NCBI GenBank assembly: GCA_964016885.1
Contig: OZ024743.1
Location: 178,498,001 to 178,562,000, forward strand
DNA: 64,000 bases
DNA from: Eledone cirrhosa
Taxonomy: Eukaryota
Reading direction: 5' to 3'
This document shows, piece by piece, positions 18,001 to 34,335 of this stretch (its first letter is position 1; the number at the start of each line of letters is the position of its first letter). The notes under the pieces are model-generated. The model did not search any database and was not told the origin of the DNA. It worked only from the letters and a program-made list of their open reading frames with translations. The translations under genes and the position numbers were made by a program.

Positions 18001-21000
18001 CCATAACATTGTGATCCTAAGTCAAACACACCATGACATTATGATCGTAAGTTCAACACACCACGGCATGTTGACCGTAAGTCCAACACACCACACCATT
18101 ATGACCGTAAGTCCAACACACCATGACACAATGAACGTAAGTCCATCACACCACCACATTATGACCGTAAGTCCAACACACCACGACATCATGATCGTGA
18201 GTCCAACACACCATGGCATAATGATCGTAAGTCAAACACACCATGACATTATGACCGTAAGTCCATCACACCGCGACATTATGACCGTAAGTCCAACACA
18301 CCACGACATTATGATTGTAAGTCAAACACACCATGACATAATGATCGCAAGTCAAACACACCATGACATTATGATCTTAAGTCCAACACACCACACCATT
18401 ATGATCGTAAGTCCAACACACCATGACATTATGACCGTAAGTCCAACACACCACACCATTATGACCGTAAGTCCAACACACCATGACACAATGAACGTAA
18501 GTCCATCACACCACCACATTATGACCGTAAGTCCAACACACCACGACATTATGACCGTAAATCCAACACACCACGACCTTATGATCGTAAGTCAAACACA
18601 CCATGACATTATGATCCTAAGTCCAACACACCATGATATTATGACCGTAAGCCCAAAACACCACGGCGTAATGATCGTAAGTCCAACACACCACGACATG
18701 ATGATCGTAAGTCAAACACACCACGACATAATGATCTTAAGTCAAACACACCATGACATTATGATCGTAAGTCCAGCACACCACGACATATTGATCGTAA
18801 GTCAAACACACCACGACATAATGATCGTAAGTCCAACACACCACACCATTATGATCGTAAGTCCAACACACCACACCATTATGATCGTAAGTCCAACACG
18901 CCACACCCTTATGATCGTAAATCCAAAACACCACACCATTATGATCGTCAGTCCAACACACCACACCATAATGATCGTAAGTCAAACACACAACGACATA
19001 ATGGTCGTAAGTCCAACACACCACGACATAATGATCGTAAGTCAAACACACGATGACATTATGATCGTAAGTCAACACACCACACCATTATGATCGTAGG
19101 CCCAACACACCACACCATTATGATCGTAAATCTAACAGACGACTCCATTATGATCGTCAGTCCCACACACCATGACTTAACATTGTGATCCTAAGTCAAA
19201 CACACCATGATATTATGATCGTAAGTTCAACACACCACGGCATGTTGACCGTAAGTCCAACACACCACACCTTTATGACCGTAAGTCCAACACACCATGA
19301 CACAATGAACGTAAGTCCAACACACCACGACATAATGATCGTAAGTCAAACACACCACGACATAATGATCGTAAGTCAAACACACCACGACATAATGAAC
19401 GCAAGTCCATCACACCACGACATTATGACTGTAAGCCCAAAACACCACGACGTAATGATCGTAAGTCCAACACACCACGACATAATGATCGTAAGTGAAA
19501 CACACCACGACATAATGATCTTAAGTCAAACACACCATGACATTATGATCGTAAGTCCAGCACACCACGACATAATGATCGTAAGGCCAACACACCACAC
19601 CATTATGATCGTAAGTTCAACACACCACACCATTATGATCGTAAGTCCAACACGCCACACCCTTATGGTCGTAAATCCAACACACCATGAGATAATGATC
19701 GTAAGTCTAACACACATTGACATAATGACCGTAAGTCCAACACACCATAACATTGTGATCCTAAGTCAAACACACCATGACATTATGATCGTAAGTTCAA
19801 CACACCACGGCATGTTGACCGTAAGTCCAACACACCACACCATTATGACCGTAAGTCCAACACACCATGACACAATGAACGTAAGTCCATCACACCACCA
19901 CATTATGACCGTAAGTCCAACACACCACGACATCATGATCGTGAGTCCAACACACCATGGCATAATGATCGTAAGTCAAACACACCATGACATTATGACC
20001 GTAAGTCCATCACACCGCGACATTATGACCGTAAGTCCAACACACCACGACATTATGATTGTAAGTCAAACACACCATGACATAATGATCGCAAGTCAAA
20101 CACACCATGACATTATGATCTTAAGTCCAACACACCACACCATTATGATCGTAAGTCCAACACACCATGACATTATGACCGTAAGTCCAACACACCACAC
20201 CATTATGACCGTAAGTCCAACACACCATGACACAATGAACGTAAGTCCATCACACCACCACATTATGACCGTAAGTCCAACACACCACGACATTATGACC
20301 GTAAATCCAACACACCACGACCTTATGATCGTAAGTCAAACACACCATGACATTATGATCCTAAGTCCAACACACCATGATATTATGACCGTAAGCCCAA
20401 AACACCACGGCGTAATGATCGTAAGTCCAACACACCACGACATGATGATCGTAAGTCAAACACACCACGACATAATGATCTTAAGTCAAACACACCATGA
20501 CATTATGATCGTAAGTCCAGCACACCACGACATATTGATCGTAAGTCAAACACACCACGACATAATGATCGTAAGTCCAACACACCACACCATTATGATC
20601 GTAAGTCCAACACACCACACCATTATGATCGTAAGTCCAACACGCCACACCCTTATGATCGTAAATCCAAAACACCACACCATTATGATCGTCAGTCCAA
20701 CACACCACACCATAATGATCGTAAGTCAAACACACAACGACATAATGGTCGTAAGTCCAACACACCACGACATAATGATCGTAAGTCAAACACACGATGA
20801 CATTATGATCGTAAGTCAACACACCACACCATTATGATCGTAGGCCCAACACACCACACCATTATGATCGTAAATCTAACAGACGACTCCATTATGATCG
20901 TCAGTCCCACACACCATGACTTAACATTGTGATCCTAAGTCAAACACACCATGATATTATGATCGTAAGTTCAACACACCACGGCATGTTGACCGTAAGT

Positions 21001-24000
21001 CCAACACACCACACCTTTATGACCGTAAGTCCAACACACCATGACACAATGAACGTAAGTCCAACACACCACGACATAATGATCGTAAGTCAAACACACC
21101 ACGACATAATGATCGTAAGTCAAACACACCACGACATAATGAACGCAAGTCCATCACACCACGACATTATGACTGTAAGCCCAAAACACCACGACGTAAT
21201 GATCGTAAGTCCAACACACCACGACATAATGATCGTAAGTGAAACACACCACGACATAATGATCTTAAGTCAAACACACCATGACATTATGATCGTAAGT
21301 CCAGCACACCACGACATAATGATCGTAAGGCCAACACACCACACCATTATGATCGTAAGTTCAACACACCACACCATTATGATCGTAAGTCCAACACGCC
21401 ACACCCTTATGGTCGTAAATCCAACACACCATGAGATAATGATCGTAAGTCTAACACACATTGACATAATGACCGTAAGTCCAACACACCATAACATTGT
21501 GATCCTAAGTCAAACACACCATGACATTATGATCGTAAGTTCAACACACCACGGCATGTTGACCGTAAGTCCAACACACCACACCATTATGACCGTAAGT
21601 CCAACACACCATGACACAATGAACGTAAGTCCATCACACCACCACATTATGACCGTAAGTCCAACACACCACGACATCATGATCGTGAGTCCAACACACC
21701 ATGGCATAATGATCGTAAGTCAAACACACCATGACATTATGACCGTAAGTCCATCACACCGCGACATTATGACCGTAAGTCCAACACACCACGACATTAT
21801 GATTGTAAGTCAAACACACCATGACATAATGATCGCAAGTCAAACACACCATGACATTATGATCTTAAGTCCAACACACCACACCATTATGATCGTAAGT
21901 CCAACACACCATGACATTATGACCGTAAGTCCAACACACCACACCATTATGACCGTAAGTCCAACACACCATGACACAATGAACGTAAGTCCATCACACC
22001 ACCACATTATGACCGTAAGTCCAACACACCACGACATTATGACCGTAAATCCAACACACCACGACCTTATGATCGTAAGTCAAACACACCATGACATTAT
22101 GATCCTAAGTCCAACACACCATGATATTATGACCGTAAGCCCAAAACACCACGGCGTAATGATCGTAAGTCCAACACACCACGACATGATGATCGTAAGT
22201 CAAACACACCACGACATAATGATCTTAAGTCAAACACACCATGACATTATGATCGTAAGTCCAGCACACCACGACATATTGATCGTAAGTCAAACACACC
22301 ACGACATAATGATCGTAAGTCCAACACACCACACCATTATGATCGTAAGTCCAACACACCACACCATTATGATCGTAAGTCCAACACGCCACACCCTTAT
22401 GATCGTAAATCCAAAACACCACACCATTATGATCGTCAGTCCAACACACCACACCATAATGATCGTAAGTCAAACACACAACGACATAATGGTCGTAAGT
22501 CCAACACACCACGACATAATGATCGTAAGTCAAACACACGATGACATTATGATCGTAAGTCAACACACCACACCATTATGATCGTAGGCCCAACACACCA
22601 CACCATTATGATCGTAAATCTAACAGACGACACCATTATGATCGTAAGTCCCACACACCATGACATAATGATCGTAAGTTCAAAACATAACACCAATATC
22701 ATCGTAAGTCAAACGCACCATGACATTATTATCTTCTTAAGTCAAACACACCACGACATACTTATCGTAAGTCCAACCCACCATGATATTATGATCGTAA
22801 GTCCAAACCACCATGACGTTATGACAGTAAGTCTAACCCACATTGACATAATGACCGTAAGTCCAACACACCATAACATTGTGATCCTAAGTCAAACACA
22901 CCATGATATTATGATCGTAAGTTCAACACACCACGGCATGTTGACCGTAAGTCCAACACACCACACCATTATGACCGTAAGTCCAACACACCACGACATA
23001 ATGAAAGTAAGTCAAACACACCACGACATAATGAACGCAAGTACATCACACCACGACATTATGACCGTAAGTCCAACACACCACAAACATCATAATCGTA
23101 AGTCCAACACACCATGACATAATGATCGTCAGTCAAACACACCACGACATAATGATCGTAAGTCCAACACACCACACCATTATGATCGTAAGTCCAACAC
23201 ACCACACCATTATGATCGTAAGTCCAACACGCCACACCCTTATGATCATAAGTCCAACAAACCATGAGATAATGATCGTAAGTCTAAGACATCACGACAT
23301 AATGATCGTAAGTCCAAAACACCACACCATTATGATCGTCAGTCCAACTCACCACATTATAATGATCGTAAGTCCAACACACCACACCATAATGATCGTA
23401 AGTCAAACACAAAACGACATAATGATCGTAAGTCAAACACACCACGACATAATGATCCTAAGTCAAACACACGATGACATAATGATCGTAAGTCAAACAC
23501 ACGATGACATTATGATCGTAAGTTAAACACACCACACCATTATAATTGTAGGCCCAACACACCACACCATTATGATCGTAAATCTAACAGACGACACCAT
23601 TATGATCGTAAGTCCCACACACCATGACATAATGATCGTAAGTTCAACACATAACACCATTATCATCGTAAGTCAAAAGCACCATGACATTAATATCTTC
23701 TTAAGTCAAACACACCACGACATAATTATCGTAAGTCCAACACACCATGACATTATGATCGTAAGTCCAAACCACCATGACGTTATGACCGTAAGTCTAA
23801 CACACATTGACATAATGACCGTAAGTCCAACACACCACACCATTATGACCGTAAGTCCAACACACCATGACATAATGAACGTAATTCCAAAACACCACGA
23901 CATAATGATCGTAATTCCAACACACCACGACATAATGATCGTAAGTCAAACACACCACACCATTATGATCGTAAGTCCAACACACCACACCATTATGATC

Positions 24001-27000
24001 GTAAGTCCAAAACGCCACACCCTTATGATAGTAAGTCCAACACACCATGAGATAATTATCGTAAGTCTAAGACATCACGACATAATGATCGTAAGTCCAA
24101 AACACCACACCATTATGATCGTAAGTCTAACACACCACAACATATTGATCGTAAGTCCAACACACCACACCATTATGACCGTCAGTCCAATACACCACAT
24201 TATAATGATCGTAAGTCCAACACACCACACCATAATGATCGTAAGTCAAACACACAACGACATAATGATTGTAAGTCCAACACGCCATGAGATAATGATC
24301 GCAAGTCTAAGACATCACGACATAATGATCGTAAGTCCAAAACACCACACCGTTATGATCGTCAGTCCAACACACCACATTATAATGATCGTAAGTCCAA
24401 CACATCACACCATAATGATCGTAAGTCAAACACACAACGACATAATGATCGTAAGTCAACCACACCACGACATAATGATCGTAAGTCAAACACATGATGA
24501 CATTATGATCGTAAGTCAAACACACCACACCATTATGATCGTAGGCCCAACACACCACACCATTATGATCGTAAATCTAACAGACGACTCCATTATGATC
24601 GTCAGTCCCACACACCATGACTTAACATTGTGATCCTAAGTCAAACACACCATGATATTATGATCGTAAGTTCAACACACCACGGCATGTTGACCGTAAG
24701 TCCAACACACCACACCTTTATGACCGTAAGTCCAACACACCATGACACAATGAACGTAAGTCCAACACACCACGACATAATGATCGTAAGTCAAACACAC
24801 CACGACATAATGATCGTAAGTCAAACACACCACGACATAATGAACGCAAGTCCATCACACCACGACATTATGACTGTAAGCCCAAAACACCACGACGTAA
24901 TGATCGTAAGTCCAACACACCACGACATAATGATCGTAAGTGAAACACACCACGACATAATGATCTTAAGTCAAACACACCATGACATTATGATCGTAAG
25001 TCCAGCACACCACGACATAATGATCGTAAGTCCAACACACCACACCATTATGATCGTAAGTTCAACACACCACACCATTATGATCGTAAGTCCAACACGC
25101 CACACCCTTATGGTCGTAAATCCAACACACCATGAGATAATGATCGTAAGTCTAACACACATTGACATAATGACCGTAAGTCCAACACACCATAACATTG
25201 TGATCCTAAGTCAAACACACCATGACATTATGATCGTAAGTTCAACACACCACGGCATGTTGACCGTAAGTCCAACACACCACACCATTATGACCGTAAG
25301 TCCAACACACCATGACACAATGAACGTAAGTCCATCACACCACCACATTATGACCGTAAGTCCAACACACCACGACATCATGATCGTGAGTCCAACACAC
25401 CATGGCATAATGATCGTAAGTCAAACACACCATGACATTATGACCGTAAGTCCATCACACCGCGACATTATGACCGTAAGTCCAACACACCACGACATTA
25501 TGATCGTAAGTCAAACACACCATGACATAATGATCGCAAGTCAAACACACCATGACATTATGATCTTAAGTCCAACACACCACACCATTATGATCGTAAG
25601 TCCAACACACCATGACATTATGACCGTAAGTCCAACACACCACACCATTATGACCGTAAATCCAACACACCACGACCTTATGATCGTAAGTCAAACACAC
25701 CATGACATTATGATCCTAAGTCCAACACACCATGATATTATGACCGTAAGCCCAAAACACCACGGCGTAATGATCGTAAGTCCAACACACCACGACATGA
25801 TGATCGTAAGTCAAACACACCACGACATAATGATCTTAAGTCAAACACACCATGACATTATGATCGTAAGTCCAGCACACCACGACATATTGATCGTAAG
25901 TCAAACACACCACGACATAATGATCGTAAGTCCAACACACCACACCATTATGATTGTAAGTCCAACACACCACACCATTATGATCGTAAGTCCAACACGC
26001 CACACCCTTATGATCGTAAATCCAAAACACCACACCATTATGATCGTCAGTCCAACACACCACACCATAATGATCGTAAGTCAAACACACAACGACATAA
26101 TGATCGTAAGTCCAACACACCACGACATAATGATCGTAAGTCAAACACACGATGACATTATGATCGTAAGTCAACACACCACACCATTATGATCGTAGGC
26201 CCAACACACCACACCATTATGATCGTAAATCTAACAGACGACACCATTATGATCGTAAGTCCCACACACCATGACATAATGATCGTAAGTTCAAAACATA
26301 ACACCAATATCATCGTAAGTCAAACGCACCATGACATTATTATCTTCTTAAGTCAAACACACCACGACATACTTATCGTAAGTCCAATCCACCATGATAT
26401 TATGATCGTAAGTCCAAACCACCATGACGTTATGACAGTAAGTCTAACCCACATTGACATAATGACCGTAAGTCCAACACACCATAACATCGTGATCCTA
26501 AGTCAAACACACCATGATATTATGATCGTAAGTTCAACACACCACGGCATGTTGACCGTAAGTCCAACACACCACACCATTATGACCGTAAGTCCAACAC
26601 ACCACGACATAATGAAAGTAAGTCAAACACACCACGACATAATGAACGCAAGTACATCACACCACGACATTATGACCGTAAGTCCAACACACCACAAACA
26701 TCATAATCGTAAGTCCAACACACCATGACATAATGATCGTCAGTCAAACACACCACGACATAATGATCGTAAGTCCAACACACCACACCATTATGATCGT
26801 AAGTCCAACACACCACACCATTATGATCGTAAGTCCAACACGCCACACCCTTATGATCATAAGTCCAACAAACCATGAGATAATGATCGTAAGTCTAAGA
26901 CATCACGACATAATGATCGTAAGTCCAAAACACCACACCATTATGATCGTCAGTCCAACTCACCACATTATAATGATCGTAAGTCAAACCATAATGATCG

Positions 27001-30000
27001 TAAGTCAAACACAAAACGACATAATGATCGTAAGTCAAACACACCACGACATAATGATCCTAAGTCAAACACACGATGACATAATGATCGTAAGTCAAAC
27101 ACACGATGACATTATGATCGTAAGTTAAACACACCACACCATTATAATTGTAGGCCCAACACACCACACCATTATGATCGTAAATCTAACAGACGACACC
27201 ATTATGATCGTAAGTCCCACACACCATGACATAATGATCGTAAGTTCAACACATAACACCATTATCATCGTAAGTCAAAAGCACCATGACATTAATATCT
27301 TCTTAAGTCAAACACACCACGACATAATTATCGTAAGTCCAACACACCATGACATTATGATCGTAAGTCCAAACCACCATGACGTTATGACCGTAAGTCT
27401 AACACACATTGACATAATGACCGTAAGTCCAACACACCATAACATTGTGATCCTAAGTCAAACACACCATGATATTATGATCGTAAGTTCAACACACCAC
27501 GGCATGTTGACCGTAAGTCCATCACACCACCACATTATGACCGTAAGTCCAACACACCACGACATCATGATCGTGAGTCCAACACACCAAGACATAATGA
27601 ACGTAAGTCAAGCACACCATGACATTATGACCGTAAGTCCATCACACAACAACATTATGACCGTAAATCCAACACACCACGACATTATGATCGTAAGTCA
27701 AACACACCATGACATTATGATCCTAAGTCCAACACACCATGATATTATGACCGTAAGCCCAAAACACCACGACGTAATGATCGTAAGTCCAACACACCAC
27801 GACATAATGATCGTAAGTCAAACACACTACGATATAATGATCTTAAGTCAAACACACCATGACATTATCATCGTAAGTCCAGCACACCACGACATATTGA
27901 TCGTAAGTCAAACACACCACGACATAATGATCGTAAGTCAAACACACCACGACATAATGATCGTAAGTCCAACACACCACACCATTATGATCGTAAGTCC
28001 AACACGCCACCCCCTTATGATCGTAAATCCAACACACCATGAGATAATGATCATAAGTCTAAGACATCACGACATAATGATCGTAAGTCCAAAACACCAC
28101 ACCGTTATGATCGTCAGTCCAACACACCACATTATAATGATCGTAAGTCCAACACACCACACCATAATGATCGTAAGTCAAACACACAACGACATAATGA
28201 TCGTAAGCCAAACACACCACGACATAATGATCATAAGTCAAACACACGATGACATTATGATCGTAAGTCAACACACCACACCATTATGATCGTAGGGCCA
28301 ACACACCACACCATTATGATCGTAAATCTAACAGACGACACCATTATGATCGTAAGTCCCACACACCATGACATAATGATCGTAAGTTGAACACATAACA
28401 CCATTATCATCGTAAGTCAAACGCACCATGACATTATTATCTTCTTAAGTCAAACACACCACGACATAATTATCGTAAGTCCAACACACCATGATATTAT
28501 GATCGTAAGTCCAAACCACCATGACGTTATGACCGTAAGTCTAACCCACAATGACATAATGACCGTAAGTCCAACACACCATAACATTGTGATCCTAAGT
28601 CAAACACACCATGACGTTATGATCGTAAGTTCAACACACCACGGCATGTTGACCCTATGTCCAACACACCACACCATTATGACCGTAATTCCAACACACC
28701 ACGACATAATGATCGTAAGTCAAACACACCACGACATAATGAACGCAAGTACATCACACCACGACATTATGACCGTAAGTCCAACACACCACGACATCAT
28801 GATCGTAAGTCCAATACACCATGACATAATGATCGTAAGTCAAACACACCATGACATTATGACCGTAAGTCCATCACACCGCGACATTATGACCGTAAGT
28901 CCAACACACCACGACATTACGATCGTAAGTCAAACACACCATGACATAATGATCGCAAGTCAAACACACCTTGACATTATAATCTTAAGTCCAACACACC
29001 ACACCATCATGATCGTAAGTCCAACACACCATGATATTATGACCGTAAGTCCAACACACCACGACATAATGATAGTAAGTCAAACACACCTTGACATTAT
29101 GACCGTAAGTCCATCACACCACGACATTATGACCGTAAATCCAACACACCACGACATTATGATCGTAAGTCAAACACACCATGACATTATGATCCTAAGT
29201 CCAACACACCATGATATTATGACTGTAAGCCGAAAACACCACGACATAATGATCGTAAGTCCAACACACCACGACATAATGATCGTAACTCAAACACACC
29301 ACGACATAATGATCGTAAGTCAAACACACCATGACATAATGATCGCAAGTCAAACACACCATGACATTATGATCGTAAGTCCAACACACCACACCATTAT
29401 GATCGTAAGTCCAACACACCATGACATTATGACCGTAAGTCCAACACACTACGACATTATGACCGTAAGTCCAACACACCACGACATAATGATCGTAAGT
29501 CAAACACACCTTGACATTATGACCGTAAGTCCATCACACCACGACATTATGACCGTAAATCCAACACACCACGACATTATGATCGTAAATCAAACACACC
29601 ATGACATTATGATCCTAAGTCCAACACACCATGATATTATGACCGTAAGCCGAAAACACCACGACATAATGATCGTAAGTCCAACACACCACGACATAAT
29701 GATCGTAAGTCAAACACACCACGACATAATGATCGTAAGTCAAACACACCACGACATTATGACCTTAAATCCAACACACCACACCATAATAATCGTAAGT
29801 CCAACACACCACAACATAATGATCGTAAGTCCAAAACACCACCACTTAATGATCGTAATTCCAACACACCACGACATAATGATCGTAAGTCAAACACACC
29901 ACGACATAATGATCGTCAGTCAATCACACCACGACATAATGATCGTAAGTCCAACACACCACACCATTATGATCGTAAGTCCAACACACCACACCATTAT

Positions 30001-32720
30001 GATCGTAAGTCCAACACGCCACACCCTTATGATCGTAAATCCAACACACCATGAGATAATCATCGTAAGTCTAAGACATCACGACATAATGATCGTTAGT
30101 CCAAAACACCACACCATTATGATCGTCAGTCCAACACACCACATTATAATGATCGTAAGTCCAACACACCACACCATAATGATCGTAAGTCAAACACACA
30201 ACGACATAATGATCGTAAGTCAAACACACCACGACATAATGATCGTAAGTCAAACACACGATGACATTATGATCGTAAGTCAAACACACCACACCATTAT
30301 GATCGTAGGCCCAACACACCACACCATTATGATCGTAAATCTAACAGACGACACCATTATGATCGTAAGTCCCACACACCATGACATAATGATCGTAAGT
30401 TCAACACAAAACACCATTATCATCGTAAGTCAAACGCACCATGACATTATTATCTTCTTAAGTCCAACACACCACGACATAATTATCGTAAGTCCAACAC
30501 ACCATGACATTATGATCGTAAGTCCAAACCACCATGACGTTATGACCGTAAGTCTAACACACATTGACATAATGACCGTAAGTCCAACACACCATAACAT
30601 TGTGATCCTAAGTCAAACACACCATGATATTATGATCGTAAGTTTAACACACCACGGCATGTTGACCGTAAGTCCAACACACCACACCATGATGACCGTA
30701 AGTCCAACACACCATGACACAATGAACGTAAGTCCAACACACCACGACATAATGATCGTAAGTCAATCACAACACGACATAATGATCGTAAGTCAAACAC
30801 ACCATGACATTATGACCGTAAGTCCATCACACCGCGACATTATGACCGTAAGTCCAACACACCACGACATTATGATCGTAAGTCAAACCCACCATGACAT
30901 AATGATCGCAAGTCAAACACACCATGACTTTATGATCTTAAGTCCAACACACCACACCATTATGATCGTAAGTCCAACACACCATGACATTATAACCGTA
31001 AGTCCATCACACTACGACATAATGATCGTAAGTCCAACACACCACGACATAATGATCGTAAGTCCCACACACCACGACATAATGATCGTAAGTCAAAAAC
31101 ACCATGACATTATGATCGTAAGTCCAGCACACCACGACATAATTATCGTAAGTCAAACACACCACGACATAATGATCGTAAGTCCAACACACCACACCAT
31201 TATGATCGTAAGTCCAACACACCACACCATTATGATCGTAAGTCCAACACACCACGACATAATGATCGTAAGTCAAAAACACCATGACATTATGATCGTA
31301 AGTCCAGCACACCACGACATAATTATCGTAAGTCAAACACACCACGACATAATGATCGTAAGTCCAACACACCACACCATTATGATCGTAAGTCCAACAC
31401 ACCATGAGATAATGATCGTAAGTCTAAGACATCACGACATAATGATCGTAAGTCCAAAACACCACACCATTATGATCGTAAGTCCAACACACCACACCAT
31501 ATTGATCGTAAGTCCAACACACCACACCATTATGATCGTAAGTCCAACACACCATGACATAATGAACGTAAGTCCAAAACACCACGACATAATGATCGTA
31601 TGTCCAACACACCACGACATAATGATCGTAAGTCAAACACACCACGACATAATGATCGTAAGTCAAACACACCACGGCATAATGATCGTAAGTCAAACAC
31701 ACGATGACATTATGATCGTAATTCAAACACACCACACCATTATGATCGTAGGCCCAACACACCACACCATTATGATCGGAAATCTAACAGACGACACCAT
31801 TATGATCGTAAGTCCCACACACCATGACATAATGATTGTAAGTTAAACACATAACACCATTATCATCGTAAGTCAAACGCACCATGACATTATTATCTTC
31901 TTAAGTCCAACACACCACGACATAATTATCGTAAGTCAAACACACCATGACATTATGATCGTAAGTCCAACACACCATGACATTATGATCGTAAGTCCAA
32001 ACCACCATGACATTATGACCGTAAGTCTAACACACATTGACATAATGACCGTAAATCCAACACACCATGACATTGTGATCCTAAGTCCAACACACCACGA
32101 CATTATGATCCTAAGTCAAACACACCATGACATTATGATCGTAAGTTCAACACACCACGGCATGTTGACCGTAAGTCCAACACACCACACCATTATGACC
32201 GTAAGTCCAACACACCATGACATAATGAACGTATGTCCAAGACACCACGATATAATGATCGTAAGTCAAACACACCACGACATAATGATCGCAATTCAAA
32301 CACACCATGACATTATGATCGTAAGTCCAACACACCATGACATTATGACCGTAAGTCCATCACACCACGACATTATGACCGTAAGTCCAACACACCACGA
32401 CATTATGATCGTAAGTCAAACACACCATGACATTATGATCCTAAGTCCAACACACCATGATATTATGACCGTAAGCCCAAAACACCACGTCATCATGATC
32501 GTAAGTCAAACACACCACGACATAATGATCGTAAGTCCAACACACCACACCATTATGATCGTAGTCCAACACACCATGACATTATGACCGTAAGTCCATC
32601 ACACCGCGACATTATGACCGTCAGTCCAACACACCATGACATTATGATCCTAAGTTCAACACATCATGATATTATGACCCTAAGTCCAACACATTTACCA
32701 CATTATGATCTTAAGTCAAA
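1..32720 (+). repeat. 30-bp tandem satellite (consensus about ATGATCGTAAGTCCAACACACCACGACATT), roughly 1090 monomers, continuing past the left edge
   Basis: 30-nt periodicity throughout. Higher-order periods follow from identical ORF-track blocks: 3701 (1518 to 5219), 1744 (17441, 19185, 20929), 1200 (11071 to 12271), 5511 (3711 to 9222), 6711 (10730 to 17441). The array decays at about 32690-32720. Confidence 0.98.
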
Positions 32721-33169
32721 TAGACTTAACACGAGAGTTCATGAGAAAGTGTTAACTTACCTTAAATAAATTATAATACCGAAACTCCATCTTACAGCTA
32801 AACAGTACGTATGTTAGTGTTAACATCGTGTAGCTCAAAGCTAACTAACTGTCGTTGTTCATCCTGGAAAGCCCAATAATGCTTAACTTCTAATATTGTT
32901 TTCATATTCCTAACAACTCTAATTTAACCATCATTTCTATGCATCATTTTTATATCGCCTTTAAATTATTTATTCTTCAAATAATTCTGTTTTTTTCTTT
33001 GCTGAATAACATACTATGTTTCATATTATATCCGAAAGTCTTTTGACGGCGATATTGCACTGGTGTCGAGATAACAAAAAGAAAAGAAAACGAAACGTTC
33101 CCGGAAATGTCTACTGTACTTGTCGAAGAAAAATGACAATACCATTACTCTTTAGCTATATTACGTAAG

Positions 33170-33380
33170 AAGGCGGCGAATTGTTATAGTCGTTAGAACG
33201 TCAGATAGAATGTTTTGCGGTATTCATTCCAGCTCTCTGCTCTCTGAGTTCAAATCCCACCAAAGTCAACTTTATCTTTTATCCATTACAAGTCGATAAA
33301 AAGTACCAGTCAAGTACCGGGTTCGATTATTCTTCTATATCTCTTTCTCATTTCCATACTCTCATTCAAAATTCTTCTCT
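33170..33380 (+). mobile_element. Degenerate SINE, probably tRNA-derived
   Basis: Head GGCGGCGAATTG, B-box-like GAGTTCAAATCCC, core CTTTTATCC..GTCGATAAAAAGTACCAGT and a pyrimidine-rich tail shared with copies near 40.1k, 42.5k and 45.7k. Confidence 0.8.
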
Positions 33381-33454
33381 GGAAAAAAATCAGCTGTATT
33401 CAAACCTGGAGAGGGGATGAGCTCCGCCACGTTTAACAATGCTCTAGAAAATCT

Positions 33455-34335
33455 GTCTCTGGGAATAAGATTTTTATGTCCGTAGGTTTTTTTCTCCGGG
33501 ACAAACTTATGGCATATAGTTTGCTTTGTTGGCATGAAATGTTGGAAATGTGTGTTGGTGTCTTGTGTGGTGATGTTGTCGCTCCATTTTGTTTCCGTAT
33601 CTCTTTCTTGGTCTTTTTCCAGTTAGCCTTGTGAAAGTTTAGGCTGGATAAATTGCCAGTGCGTCTTAATGATTGACTCTCTGCTGACTCTCTCAGACTA
33701 CATATCATTAGTTCTACGAAGTTATGATCCGAGAAAATCGTTGGTGTCACATTTACATTGTGGATGAGCACTGCTTTTTTTGTAAAGCAAAGATCCAGGA
33801 CATTCTCGCCTCTTGTTGGGAGAAGAACTGCTTGTTCCATGAAAAGCATGTGTGTGAGGGCCAGCAAGGACTCCGTCTGTTCGAGTGATGTCATTCCCGG
33901 GAGGAGGTGGCCATTTGACCTTTGGTAGATTAAAGTCTCCCAGCAGCAGAATGTTGAAACCCTGGTCCAGTTTGTCGAGGACATCTTCCATCCTTCTGAC
34001 GCTATCCTCAAACTTACCTTCGTGTCTAGTGGCGTCGGGTGGCCGATATATGAAACATATTACCATTTTCAGTTGCTTCATATGTAGTATAAGTGTGTCA
34101 CAGACTGAGTTTGAATGTGTCAACAGTACAATGGATGTGACATTACGGATGTAGAGGGCAACCCCACCATGCGTTCCTGTCTGAACGAAAAACAGTATAA
34201 TTTGGTATATGTATTTCCGCATCTGCTATACTGCTTTCAGGTGCGTTTTGGTTAGTGCCATGCATATTGCTTGGTTGTTTATGGCTAACTCTCTCAGGTA
34301 GAGAATTTTACTCATGTTCGTGAGTATTAAACAAA
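33455..34335 (-). pseudogene. Frameshifted fragment of a non-LTR retrotransposon (CR1-like) APE endonuclease
   Basis: Motifs across frames: HGGVALYIR, IYRPPD, LLLGDFNLP, PTRGENVLDLCFT, FSDHN. These are canonical APE-domain motifs of LINE ORF2. Confidence 0.9.

Noticed and set aside
1-32720. CRISPR array
   Set aside because: Monomers are contiguous with no unique spacers, there are no cas genes and the context is eukaryotic.
14-32769. Satellite ORFs on both strands as genuine genes
   Set aside because: They are translations of the 30-mer, bounded by recurrent indels, with no unique N- or C-terminal domain or signal peptide.
33170-33270. Functional tRNA gene
   Set aside because: Only degenerate A/B-box-like SINE head sequence; no cloverleaf could be drawn.
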